The notes: generated by a model from the letters alone, not told the origin. A stretch of DNA of 62,489 nucleotides, filler included, from Asterionella formosa (GCA_002256025.1; 15 parts of 15 records of this genome joined end to end with filler, not necessarily neighbours in it); one strand, 5' to 3'; counted from the first letter of the whole stretch, positions 37,486 through 49,992 are shown. A program made the numbers and translations.

Positions 37486-37855
37486 NNNNNNNNNNNNNNN
37501 NNNNNNNNNNNNNNNNNNNNNNNNNNNNNTTAATTAATTAANNNNNNNNNNNNNNNNNNNNNNNNNNNNNNNNNNNNNNNNNNNNAGTATTTCTGGCTCG
37601 CTATTCTAGTATTTGATGGGTCGATTTATATATTGCAGCTAAGTACCCACAAAGTTAGTACTACACAGACTACATATGGAGAAAGACGAAACGGACGAGA
37701 CGGTAATTGTGTCGAAGTTACTTCGTCATAAGTACCGGGTAATGATAAGTTTCAACGCAAACCGGATCAAGGTCCATAGAAGGCTCCTCTGATTCCGTCT
37801 CTATTCCCCATTAGTCAAGAAAGTCAATTCATAATCTACACCGGCTTTTAACATC

Positions 37856-37867
37856 ATGGCTGATAGA

Positions 37868-37904
<37 letters not shown>

Positions 37905-40713
37905 ACCATGGAACAAGGGACGAGGAGGACGAGGAACCACCCCGCCCGCGCAGTTCGTTCCGCCAAGCCGATGATGGGATCGCAAGCTCGGCACCTGCTT
38001 CTATTGCTCGTCCATCATCAACAGCGTCGCGTTCGTCAGCCCGCAACGCTTCTGCCATTGACAATCGCATTAACGAGAAGCAACGCGCTCGCGGCCCACG
38101 TGCGACTCGTCCAGGCGCAGTTGCGGAGATGGAAGCAACGTCAGTTCCTGGCAGCAGCGGCCATTATGAACCAGGGGCTGTCACGACGACTTCCGCTGCC
38201 GTGGCACGTGCAGAGCAAGACACAAGATCCAAGAACAGGTCCCGTCGTACAGGGAATACTGACGCAGTTCCGGGAGCTGTCATGGAACGTTCATCTCAGG
38301 TTGCTCGTACTTCTGCTGGAGAAGCTACTGCGTTGGATCAGTTAGAGCAAGATGCCTTGGCCAAGGCGATCTCATCCCGACCAGGAGCCGTGGCATCGGC
38401 TGGAGGAAACCAGGCAGGCAAGTCAAGTAGGAAGTCCTCTACACAATCCATTGCAGCTCGTCGTACCGCTTCTACACACTCAGCAGGGTCGGCAGGATCC
38501 AGCGTCGGCGCTGTGTCAGCGTCCGGTGGAAGGCAGCAAATAAAGGCGAGTGGCCGCTCGGCGGCGCAATCTCAAGCTGCCAATATGGCCGCTGTTTCTG
38601 TTGCAGATCAGAGATCGACCTCCCTTCGGAACATGGAAGCTGATGTCATTGCAAAAGATTTGGCTCGCCCGAGATCCAATGCATCCGCTAGCAGTATGGT
38701 TGTTGGTGCCGGCATGACTGCTGCTGTTGCCGCGACTTCTAGAGGAGCGGCTAGCGATTTAAAGGGTGCTCCTGATGCGCTTAACAGCATGCGTCGTGTT
38801 GAAGCAGATGTATTGTCCAAAGAAACAGTGTCGAATCAGTCAACTTCGCGATCTTCAGCTCGACCGACCGCAACAGCTGTCAACGATGATGGATTTGGAG
38901 ATGCAACTGTATATCAACCTCAGCAAGACATGCGGGCCGCTGCTCACATGGCGCCAGTCGCTACTGCCACCACCATTGCTACTGGTGAAGCAAGCACTTG
39001 GGATCAAGAGGCACTTGTGGAAACGGCTCCGGCGGCCGTGTCGTCTGGTACGTATGCGGGCGCGATTCCTCTCGGAGCCGGGCCCATTGATGGTGGGATC
39101 GAAGCGTTTGTCGCGGAACAAGTCCTTAGTGCAACTGGTGTCGCTGTTGTTTTAACTGATGAAGAGGAAGAGCTGCTTGAACGAAAGAAGTACCGCAGGT
39201 ACATGTGCTATGGTGCATTTGCGTTTATTTTGTTGGTAGTTGCTATTGTCGTCCCAGTGGTAATCTTGGCTGGTGGACCTGCACCCGAACGTGTGCCTAC
39301 AACATCACCAACGAGTTTCCCTACACATTCCCCGTCTCTCTCGCCGACCACTGTCAGGCTTGATCAAGCCATTGCAATGTTGTCACCAATTTCAGGTGCT
39401 CAAGCGTTTATCGACATTTCCACTCCTCAGTACCAAGCGGCATCATGGGTTTCCGATGAAGATGAATTGCAGCTACCCTTGGATAGCCCTCAATTCTTGC
39501 AGAGATACTATTTGGCGACCTTTTATTTTGCCATGGATGGAGAAAACTGGGTTCAATGCGGCAGAAGAGACCCCACTTGTGGTGGTGACCTGAAGGCCAA
39601 GTCATGGCTCCTTGGTAGTGAAAGTGAATGTGATTGGTTGGCAATTGGATGCAACGACAACAGAAGCGTTGAAAAGATACAATTCCTTCGAACGGCTGGG
39701 AATAATCTTCGTGGTGTCCTTCCCTTTGAATTGTCATTCTTGACCGACATTGGATTTTTTAGCGTTTACAACAACTATATTTCAGGAACTATCCCTTCGT
39801 TCTTGGGAAGCTTGACGAAGTTATCCCAACTTTTTCTTCTTGGAAATCAATTCACCGGAACACTGTCAGAGGATATCTTCAAAAATTTGAACTTGTTGTC
39901 TGTCCTTCAGCTTGGTTTTATGACCTTGAATGGCACGATCCCGTCCTCATTGACTGCCTTACCCCTGTCAGATGTTCGCTTGGAAAGCAATCAGTTCACG
40001 GGAACAGTGCCTGCGGCATTCGGATCGATTTCGTCATTGCGTAAGTTGCAAAATGTCAATTTCGGTATTGGTGCAAAGATGCTATGTCATTTCTTCTTAC
40101 ATATTCTCTGTTCTTGGTTTCGCAGAATATTTTGAGTTCCAAAGTAATAGGTTAACCGGTTCCATTCCTGATGCATTGTTAAGCAGTCAGACTATCAAAA
40201 CGTTACGATTGCATAACAACGAAATCACTGGAACTATTTCGTCTACGATTGGAGGAATGACCATGTTGCAGGACTTTAGGGTTGGGTCTAACAGGCTAAC
40301 CGGAACCCTGCCGACCGAAATTTTTAGTCTCCCATTACTTTATACTTTGAATGTTACAAGCAACATGCTCATGGGTACGCTATCCGAAGACTTTGCCTTT
40401 CTTGCAAATAGTACTCGCAGCATTATTTTGGATCACAACAATTTTACCGGTCCAATCCCCGCAGCTTTTGACAATTTTTTGTACCTGAGTAAGTTTATGT
40501 TGAAAATGTGATATTGACACACAACACCCCTGCCCCAACTCACTGTTTCGATTCAATCGTTTAGACAAATTGACTCTTGACCACAACCTCTTAACGGGTT
40601 CTATCTCCGATGCCGTTTGTGCCCAGGTTGGTCCCTCGCTCTTTGACATTGAGGTGTTGACCGCAAACTGCAATGAAACTATCTCTTGTGGTTGCTGCAC
40701 CATGTGTTATTAG
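37856..40713 (+). CDS. Diatom-type LRR transmembrane protein; join(37856..40040,40126..40488,40565..40713)
   Basis: PGAV repeats, one TM, PT-rich stalk, PQYQAASW, LQRYYLATFY, ECDW..I.C, plant-type LRRs (N.LTG.IP), terminal C.CC..C; two GTAAGT..AG introns restore the frame. Confidence 0.92.
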
Positions 40714-41516
40714 ACACACACATTTTTTTGTAATTTACAAGAAGTGTGCATGTGCCCATGTTGCTCGTGAAATCCCACTCAGTATTTTACAATGCCAGCT
40801 GGTATTATTCAATATATATTAGATTAGATAATCTATTTGTCTCCACAAGTTCTTGTCATTGTTAGCAAACATCAGCAAGTCCTAGTTGTAGTCAACAAAT
40901 TCTAGTCATTGTCAGCAAGTTCAAAATGTAGAAAGAGATCATTCTGAAGCTAGAGGATGGTTTGCTGAACTGGTTCATCAGTCAGCAAATCCGAGTTGTG
41001 TTCAGAGACTGATTCTGCAATTGCTATTGTTCAATATGAGTAACGTTTTCCTAAATTACTTAAAGATAATTTCTATCGAAAGCTGGCCTATCTCGCCAGG
41101 AAGGCATGAGAGTGGGTCAAAACTGGAAAGGTGGTGCTCAACAAATGTGCGTTACTGGACCTTCCTGTGGCTTATTGTCACTGTATATGTGTATTGGGCC
41201 TGGTCAAGGAGACAAAACGAAGTCATCATGTGAATGCTTGCTATTAATCTTTCTTTCAAAAGCAATTCCATTATGGCCATGCTTGAAGACCTTCAGAGAG
41301 GGTATTGAGTTGGTGCCGAGGTAAACCTTCCAGGATAGATAGGGAACAGGAATTCCAACATTTTCTTTCTTGACTTGGCAAAGGATGACTCTTAGAGTAA
41401 AGGTTCCACATTTAGTAATTTGGAGGCCACATGTGCCTCTTTCATCAAGACATTCATTCTTGATGGCACACACCAAATTGACACAATTTTCCTCTGCTCA
41501 TTTCCCTGCAAAAGGA

Positions 41517-41655
41517 CATCTAAGCCGCATATTACATGAAGTGACCATCACGTAACAAATTAGCCTAGTTGATTTTGAATGGATCACATGAATTAGTTGA
41601 ATACATCAAAATGCTTACTTGAATATATCTATATATTATCTGAATACATCACGTT
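41517..41655 (+). mobile_element. Third copy of the CATCTAAGCC transposon end
   Basis: Near-identical to 11778-11913, with CpG-to-CpA changes. Confidence 0.85.
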
Positions 41656-41755
41656 NNNNNNNNNNNNNNNNNNNNNNNNNNNNNNNNNNNNNNNNNNNNT
41701 TAATTAATTAANNNNNNNNNNNNNNNNNNNNNNNNNNNNNNNNNNNNNNNNNNNN

Positions 41756-42505
41756 CATGTTTGAAGCAATAATTGAATTCATAATTGCCTGAGTGGGATT
41801 GGCACTGTCAGTGGAGGTGGTTGTTTGAGATACCCCATGCTGATTCAACAATGATGCCATGATTGACATCATCATCATGTTCATCATGTTCTGTTGCTGC
41901 AGTTGTTGCTGCTGTTGTTGTTGCTGCTGCAGGTTATCAGTATCAGATCGAGTAGCCTTGTGAAGCAACTGTGTCGAAAGAAGAGAAAGCTTTTTTTCAA
42001 CAGGCCCAGTATTGTTTGACACTGCCTTATCTCTAAATCGAGGGGACACCATAGGTCGAGGAAATCTTGAACCAGAAAAATTAGCATAAGCGGCAGATGT
42101 TGCTCCACCATTGTCTTCACTCTCCTCAGAAATCGCTATAAAATCATCATCAACATTTGGCTCATCAATATTGGGCTCATTGGGCTCTCTCTCTATTCCA
42201 AGATCAGTGGATTCAATCTCAGCACTTGCACTTGTATCTGCTCGTTGCTCGATTCTTCGAAAAATTTGTTTGGCATATTTCACCTCAGCAGGGCATGTTG
42301 GGTCCCCAGTTGGTTTCTTAACTTTGTGCAGTTGTGAAAACTTTCGGCGAAGTGAAGGTCCTGTCCGTTCTTTGTCTGGGAAATTCTCGTTGTGCTGTGA
42401 TGCAACAACTTCCCATTCATGGGACCCAATTGGCAGGTGAGTAGAAATGGTTTCCAGCAATGAGAGAATCTCATTGATCCTGAACTGTTGACCCCGACTC
42501 TGCAT
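41756..42505 (-). CDS. Myb/SANT-like DUF6818-type protein, 3'-truncated; start uncertain
   Basis: RG..F...E...LL......LPIG..EWE.VA..HN..FP...RT..SLRRKF..L...KKPTGDP.CP..VK.AK.I; poly-Q and Met-rich tail. Confidence 0.8.
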
Positions 42506-43279
42506 GCTTCGGCGAGCTCTTGGAAACGTTGGTGCTCGCCTGGCAGTTGCTGTTCTTGAAACTGAACTAGTAGGAGCACGTGAAAAATCGTTGTTGTTCC
42601 TTGATGGGGACTGAGTAACCCCAGAAACACCAAATTTGGTCAACACAAACACAAATTTTGGGGTTATGGGTACAACGATTTGTGTTATAATACACATGAT
42701 ATAATAATTTTTTATTATCAGAGCGCGCCCACTACCAGCACCAATCAGCACCAACACCCAACATCTACCACTATCACATAATTGTCTTCACCACCACAAG
42801 TCATCATTTCCAGCACCCGCTCCTTAAGAACCGATTAATTTATCAGTTGCTGCTCCTCCAGGCCCGATCTGAAAATTTCTGAAATTTCGATTTGACAACA
42901 ACAAAAAAGTGTGTGTTGACAAATGTTAATGAAAATGCATTGACAAATTTTCACATGATTTTTCTGCTGACCCATTATCTTTTTCACTATTTATTCTTCT
43001 ACTCTCTGTTCTTCCCTAGTTGTCATGTCTTACCTTTTGTTTTCCAGTTCATACTTTGGTTGCTGAAAAATTTCAAATTTGTTGATACTTGTTACATGCT
43101 TGTCTGGCTTTTCATGCATATTCCTTCATTTTTGGTGCTCCTTGCATTTTCGATGTGGTATCGATTTTTAACATTCTGATTCAATATTCAACTCCATTCG
43201 ATTTTCAAACATTCCTATGGAAATTCTACTCATGACATGTTTTTAACCATCCCTGCTCATACCTGAAATTGAGTGACTG

Positions 43280-43870
43280 TCGAAAAATCCACTGTGCCCC
43301 TCCCCTATATTGCCCCTAAATAAAAAGATTACTTAGAGATACCAAAACTTACTTAGACACCCACAGTTCTCATCAAAAAGCAAGACGATAGCTAGGGTGG
43401 GAATTGCTGAAGGCAATACACGCCCGAGGTGGTCTCTTGCCTGCAAGTATACATGTGTTCGAGGCTGGGTGGTGTGAGTAGGTTGACCATACAAGTGGCA
43501 CCCCGGCGCTGCGAGAAGGTCACCCTACGAGTGCCATCCCAGTCAAGTACACATGGATACGAGAAGGCAAGTAGCCGCCGAGAAGGGTATTGTTGAGGCA
43601 ATTCCCGCTCTAGCTATCGTCGCGTCATTCGCTTACCTACTGCCCACAAATTTAGCATAAATGTCAATTTTAGCCTACTATTGCCCATCATAAAAAATAT
43701 ATTTTGGATATTTCCTATCTTCACCTCGAAAATTGCCAAAGGTCCGATATTACCCATCATTAACATATATTTTGCTTATTTCCTATCTTTGCATTTTGGC
43801 AAGACAACAGACGCCAATTGCCCCTCGGTTTTCCAGCCCAGGGATTGCCGAAATCGGCAAGGGGTCTACT
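43280..43870 (+). mobile_element. Composite repeat end: end A, rod, inverted end A, end B
   Basis: 43280-43408 matches 49204-49328; 43597-43621 is the inverted end A; about 43740-43870 matches 17585-17712. Confidence 0.7.
43384..43621 (+). ncRNA. Candidate rod-like structured RNA (or ssDNA hairpin), unclassified
   Basis: About ten stacked helices with 13 G-U pairs on the + strand and purine-rich internal loops. Expression is unknown. Confidence 0.5.
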
Positions 43871-44536
43871 TAAGGAAACCATTTTATATACTAAACAGAT
43901 TTTGATAATTTATATCTAGAATTCACCTCGTTTTTGTTTGTCTCCTGAAAAGTGGACTCCGGCAATTCACCTTTCACCATGCCAATCGTCGTCCATCATG
44001 ACCGGTTTGAAGCGAAATCAGTTCCATGATGACACCAGTAGCGATTCTTTGTCTAACGGATGCGGTTGGTTGTTGAATTGCTTGTCTTCTCGAGGCATTC
44101 ATGTAGTCGCATCGTCCATATTTCGTCGGACGAACGATGATATCGATACATCTGATGTTGTTGGCAAGTTTTTGCTCCGGTCATGTATGTAATGATGCTT
44201 AACGGATATTCTACCGGTTACCGGTAGTCATCATTTCTACATAGGTACTAAAAACAACCATGCATGGTTTAAGCTACCCGGTATGCTTTAACGCTTACTT
44301 TGAACACGTTATAATATTATCTCTGTAGACTCGGTATTATTTTTACGAGACCTGAAATGTTGAATTATATTGTTCACATATTCATTGATTTTACGTACTG
44401 TATGCCCGATTTCGTCCTCACAAATATAGTTCTCACTCTATCTTGCCTGCCTTTGCTCTATTCAGGCTTGCAATAGGCAACGTTTGTCTTTCTTTGATCC
44501 CATCGTCTGCTGCTTGTTATGCTAGTTGAAGCGGAT

Positions 44537-45507
44537 CGGTGAGTACAACAGTGAAACACTGAATGTGGATTGTAGATTGTATTTATCAACTTTCCGATTT
44601 GATTGCTTCCGTGGTTTGTTTTGATCGCTTCCATCGTTGTTTGTCGTTACGCACTGTCGTTTTGTTTCGATTGTACATATCTACATAAGAACCAATGCTT
44701 TTATCAATGACTACTCATTGAAGATTGCCGTTGTTGATTTGTATAGTCATTGACAATGATGTCAATATTGCCACCAAGGAATGCTTTTCTTGTACTAACG
44801 CGCTTTGCTACATTTCTACTGCGAGTTCGTATCAGAAGCTACATGAATACTCAGCTAGAGAGAGTCAATAGTGCTGGAGCAGCATGGCGATCATGCTTGC
44901 TCAGAATGGAATGATCAGGGTTGCCTGTTTGGTGGGCGGAGAGGAATGACTGTGGCGGAAATACTTCTACTGGTGTCAGGCTACTACAGCGATGCGCATG
45001 GTTGAAGCAACCAGACACATTGACGATAAATAACGATGCAGGTCTACATTGGGTTGAGCTTTTTTTCTTCTTCTTTCGGTCTTCGATTGTATATGGTGAT
45101 GGAAAGTTAATGTTGCCTGTGTAAGTACTACAATGATTCACAATGCATACATCTCCATTGGAACTCTTATTTTTTATTTCATTTCTAACCCAAAACAATT
45201 TTTTCTATTTCTCATTTGATGCTACTTATTACATCGCATTTCATACTTTGGTTGCTCCAAACATCATGTTCAATTTTCATTGATGTTGCATGTTACAATC
45301 ATTCTCGTGTGTTTTACGCTTGTTGTACCATCTCTATGCATATTACCGATATTCTGGTTGTCATGCTAAAATCGGCAATTTTATTGCCGAAAAATTCGAT
45401 GCGCCCCGTATTGCCCATAAATAAAAATTACTTATGAAATTACTTAGAGCCTAAAAATTACTTAGAAGTACCCGAATGGCAAGACGATAGCTGGAGCGGG
45501 AATTGCC
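44537..45507 (+). mobile_element. Repeat homologous to 18226-19117, ending in end A
   Basis: Ends GGCAAGACGATAGCTGGAGCGGGAATTGCC. Confidence 0.8.
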
Positions 45508-45673
45508 GGTATGATGGTGAATGGTGAAAGGCATATCATTTCGCTGAGCTCTGAAGAAAAACGTTTAGCTGAAATGACGTAAAGATCGTGGTACTGGTAC
45601 GGTACCTGGTACCAGGGTAGCGTAAAATATGATTCGCTCAATCCAAAAACTCAGGTTGCTGCAGAAAGAAACC

Positions 45674-45825
45674 ATGATGAAGTTTATTCTCTGGTATTTC
45701 GCTTCCTTTTCTGTTGTTTCTCGGGTGCCGGCCTTTTCGACCCAATGGTCGAAAGAAACGTTGCTTTCTTTTGCTTTGCAAGCGAAAAAGAAGACAAAGG
45801 GTACCAAATTAGCATCACCTACAGG
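45674..45825 (+). CDS. 5' end of a probably plastid-targeted gene
   Basis: MMKFILWYFASFSVVSRVPA-FS..ALQAKKK, open to the contig edge. Confidence 0.55.
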
Positions 45826-45925
45826 NNNNNNNNNNNNNNNNNNNNNNNNNNNNNNNNNNNNNNNNNNNNTTAATTAATTAANNNNNNNNNNNNNNNNNNN
45901 NNNNNNNNNNNNNNNNNNNNNNNNN

Positions 45926-48114
45926 ATGCCATCCGAACTGGAATAATGATTCAAAGGCAGGAATCTCTGGTCGTGAATGGTTTGACTGGGTTGAAGTGAA
46001 CTGGGAGAAGGGAGATGGATCAAGTTCCTACACAGTTCCTGCAAAACTACTTCTTTGGGGAAATGTTATTTTCTCCAACACAACAACCATTCTCTTAGCG
46101 TGTATTCGTTCCTTGAAAAGTTCAACTGAAATGAAAATTCATAAACGTATGTTTTTTGCAAGAGGAGACACCTTATGCAATGATACAACTGAATTGAGCG
46201 TTGTTGAATTTCATAACATACTTTCGGCAGCATTTGTTGTTCGTGCTTTGAAACCACAGAGATCAAGGAAATCTCTGAAACCGCAAAAATTTTTGGATTT
46301 GTTTCAACATTTTGTCAATTTTGATGCATCCAGAAATTTTGCCAAGAGGTGCTTGATTATACCATTTGAAGGGAGCAAGTTTGTCATTACTTTTGTTGTA
46401 TCATGGATTTTATGTAGACAACTTCATCCTTCTTGAAAGAAGAGTTGCAAGGAACTCGTCCAAATACTTCGTTCAACATTTTTAAATCTAAATAGGATGT
46501 CAAAATTTTGTCTATACAAAATTGAAGAACAGTTATTTCCAACTGAAACATATCCTCATGAGAAAATGCTTGTCGTTGTCACTTGAGGGCAAACTGTTCC
46601 AAGATGAAAGTATGTTGACTTGGTTGGTGGGTCAGATGTAATGGATAAGAAATCGTCTGTTCGATCTGTTGCTACCACCTGACGCTTTAAAGCTTTCCAG
46701 GACTCAGTCTCCTAACGGAAATGTGCCCGTTTGCCAAGAAATTTGGTTTTGCCATTCCTTTCTAGTTGCAATAGAATTTCCAACACTTTCACAATTGTAA
46801 AAGGTCCACATGACCATCCAATGTCATATTCTGGTTGAAATAACATGGAATCATGTTCAGTGGCCATACTGATCTGCAATGGTGCTTTGGTGCCAGTATA
46901 GAAAGATTCCGAGAACCCAATTTCTTCAGGTATATGGAATTCTTGTGGAAGATATCCTGTATCGGTGCATAACAATTCCAATTCTTTTCTGCATCCGGGA
47001 ATGATTCAATACTTACGGGCAAGGTGAAATACTTGATCATAATGTTCATCCACACTTGCATCTTTTCCTGGGTCACGGACTTGACATAATTCATCATTTA
47101 TAGCGAAAATTTAATGCACAAAATGATTGTTTTCCTCCTCATCTGATCTTTTGCAATACACAATTAGCACATAGTTACTTTTGTGATGAAGTGGATGACA
47201 ATCACCTTGGTATATATATATGGATTGTTATTACCATTTTCTGGGTTCTCATCCAGATCAAATATAACCTTTACATCACTTGGATGAAGTTCATGAATTA
47301 TATAATGGATCATAGAGGTACTTGTTCCAAGGTCCCAATATGCAAGATCTTTAAAATCTGAAGATGATTTTTTGATACCTTTGACTCCATAAAATACTGA
47401 GGCGTAATTGCATATATCTTGCGAGGTATGAGTGTACAACTCTTTCCACAATTTTAGTTGTCCATGCGATTTCGGCAAACTCACCGTTTGCTTTGGCATA
47501 ATAACTCTACACATTTCACATGCCGACTCTTCACAAAAGTAGCTGCCTTCTGGATTGTTTTCAATGATTTTACAAAGAAATTCTTTTTCTTTCATGTATG
47601 ATTTGGAAAAAGATTCAATTTTGTGTTTCTGACTTCGTTCCCTAATCAGAGCATCAACTGCCTTAGCCAGCATCACATCTCTGTCTGCATTGATTTTCTT
47701 AAATTTGAGGTCTTGATCAAGCGCAGAATTTTTCTTGAATATCAATTCTTTTAGAAATGCAATAGTTTCTTTGCTTTCATGATGTTCATCTTGATGTTCT
47801 GGACGGATAGTGACATATGTTTCTTGGTTTTGCAACTTTTCAACCATTTCTACTTCTGAAGTGTTGTCTGCCACATTTCCGCCGATGTTTTCATTCATCG
47901 CATGATTTTTTTCATCAAATGAATGAGAATCACTGAGTTCTTCTTCATTATCAGCGATTTTTGGTGAATGAGCAAAATACGACACTGGATGGTGGAACTG
48001 TGACTCTGTACAAATAGAGTCTTCATCCACGAAGACCAACTGCTTGGGTTTCCTCTTCGAAAGCAATCTTTCCTTCTTTTCAATCTCAGCCACTATTGTA
48101 TCGGCATACTTCAT
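45926..48114 (-). pseudogene. Decayed large element-borne gene with a possible Ulp1/C48 protease-like region
   Basis: 316-aa ORF, then KYFTLPVSI...NW and FQPEYDIGWSCGPF (like Q.D..CG.F) in different frames; the last frame continues to the contig edge broken only by TGA/TAG stops. Confidence 0.45.
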
Positions 48115-48559
48115 TATTTTTCTGGGGTATTATGAATCTTTTCAAATTCATTTGATCTTTGAGTGTATTCAAAGGAATCTTCGATTGATTTCATAAGTTT
48201 CTTCATCTTCTTTTCCAAAAACATAAAGTCGTGTAGTGTAAACAATGGAAGTAAGTCTCTTTTTTGTTTGACTGATCCTTTCCATGAAATCCGTGAAATG
48301 CCATTTGGAAAGTTGCCAAAGGGCCAGAAGACAATGATGTTTAACAGTGGAAGGGAAACGCGGAGCTTTTTGCGGCGCTTGCGGAGGTGGAACTGGTGTG
48401 ATGGTAACCGAGTGTAGTAATTGTTGAACAGAGCATAGTGTAATATGCATGTTCCGCCAGCGTAGTGTTTACACAATACACATGCCGGCATATATATAGC
48501 TAAAACAACGAAAGACGACACGACAATTAACGTGATGGCTGGTTGTTGAGGATACCGGT

Positions 48560-49023
48560 ATGTGATATGCATCAATCCATGTCACAAATCATATTATAGC
48601 GATGTACATATCAATGCATCTGTATACTTAGATCCTATCCACTGTATAATACTATCATATTAACTGTTAACTGTATACATTAAACGACAAACATATATAT
48701 TAATTATCATACTTTATGATTGCTTAATTTATTTTCTCTGATGTCTTGGTAACACTTGCGTACATATTTTATCGTACTTTATTGTCATTGTACTATTTTA
48801 ACATAATCATATTTTGATCAAAATTATATCATAAACATTTGATAAAATCATCATAGTTTTATGATCAATGTATCATAGCTATGTGATGTACTTTATTCAA
48901 TATTACGTGTCATACTTTGGTGATGTATGCATCGATATAACCCTATCATGATATCACATTATCATCTTATCAATCATGATGAGATGATTGGGAAGCAACT
49001 GTATTCTGCATTGTGCTATGGGG
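48560..49023 (-). mobile_element. Possible CMC/EnSpm-like terminus with ATCAT/ATGAT subterminal repeats
   Basis: Minus strand begins CCCCATAGCAC, followed by dense ATCATGAT-type motifs, upstream of the decayed gene. Confidence 0.4.
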
Positions 49024-49203
49024 TATATTATTATATCACGCAATTTAGTATCTAAGTCACTCCGCCTGTAATGTACAAAAGTCGACAGTGCACATACTCA
49101 CACGCTAATCAGGTTTGAGGTGGTCCATGCATTTTTGATGTGTCTAAACTTTTTCCCATGAAAATTCTTCTCCTGACGTTGCTCGATGGTCCCTGCTGCT
49201 CAC

Positions 49204-49328
49204 TGCCGAAAAATCCAAGATGCCCCATATTGCCCCTAAATAAAAAAATTACTTAAAGAAACCAATAATTACTTAGACACCCACAGTTCTCATCGAAAAG
49301 CAAGACGATAGATAGGGTGGGGATTTCC
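49204..49328 (+). repeat. End A copy (same subfamily as 43280-43408)
   Basis: TATTGCCCCTAAATAAAAA..TTACTTAGACACCCACAGTTCTCATC.AAAAGCAAGACGATAG.TAGGGTGGG. Confidence 0.85.
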
Positions 49329-49362
49329 TTTTTTTAGACAACACACAGTACCAGGTACCTGG

Positions 49363-49992
49363 TGAAGTATCTAACTAGAAGTAGTAGTATTTGTTGAATA
49401 TATGAGCTTATTTGTTAATCCTTGTGTGTAACTCGTTCTCCAAGTCGACACCAAAGTATACAATGAGGGTTAGTCGAGTTCTCTCATTATTGAGTTCTGA
49501 TACATATATGATATAACACTAACCCTATATACATCTGTATTGATGCGCAAGATCGCTCACTCTCCCACACCAAGGGAAAACCTTTTACCTTTGAAAAGGT
49601 TTGATGTAATGGATATTAATTCGTTCCGTTGTATGCATAGTTTGTTGAAAAGTAACTGTACCATAGGATTCGATAGTGATGTAGGAATAACAATACGTCA
49701 AGTATCTCCTGGATTCTTTACAAAATACATGAAATGTATATGATGAAAATTGATAGAGGGAAAATTTAACAGATGTGTTTGGTTTGTTGATTGAGAATGA
49801 GATGAGTTGTTTGATTGAGAATCAATTGTATATCCAGCAATTGTCTATCATGTATTGAGTAATATTCCAGAGGATATTGAATATTGTCTGCCAAAATTGG
49901 ATGATTGAGGGAACAGGTAAACAAAGGTTCATCATCTACTTCAATTGAGAAAGTAGAAATGGATGTTGATGCTGAAGATTTCGGTCCAATAT
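49363..49992 (-). mobile_element. Gypsy 3' remnant: pol fragment, PPT (49560-49571), 197-bp 3' LTR (49363-49559)
   Basis: IGPKS..STFSIE.DDEPL..C.LNHPIL.DNIQY overlaps the end of the contig-4 element; GTVT...TERINI..IKPF; GGGAGAG|TGA...TCA. Confidence 0.85.

Noticed and set aside
43470..43536. SECIS element (GUGA...GA with an 11-bp helix) inside the rod
   Set aside because: No AA at the expected position, atypical 3' side (CGAG), no selenoprotein gene upstream on this strand, and the fold extends far beyond SECIS size.
45926..46981. TGA read as Trp (alternative genetic code)
   Set aside because: TAG stops and frameshifts are also present, host genes use TGA as stop (e.g. 31110), and CpG decay explains the pattern more simply.
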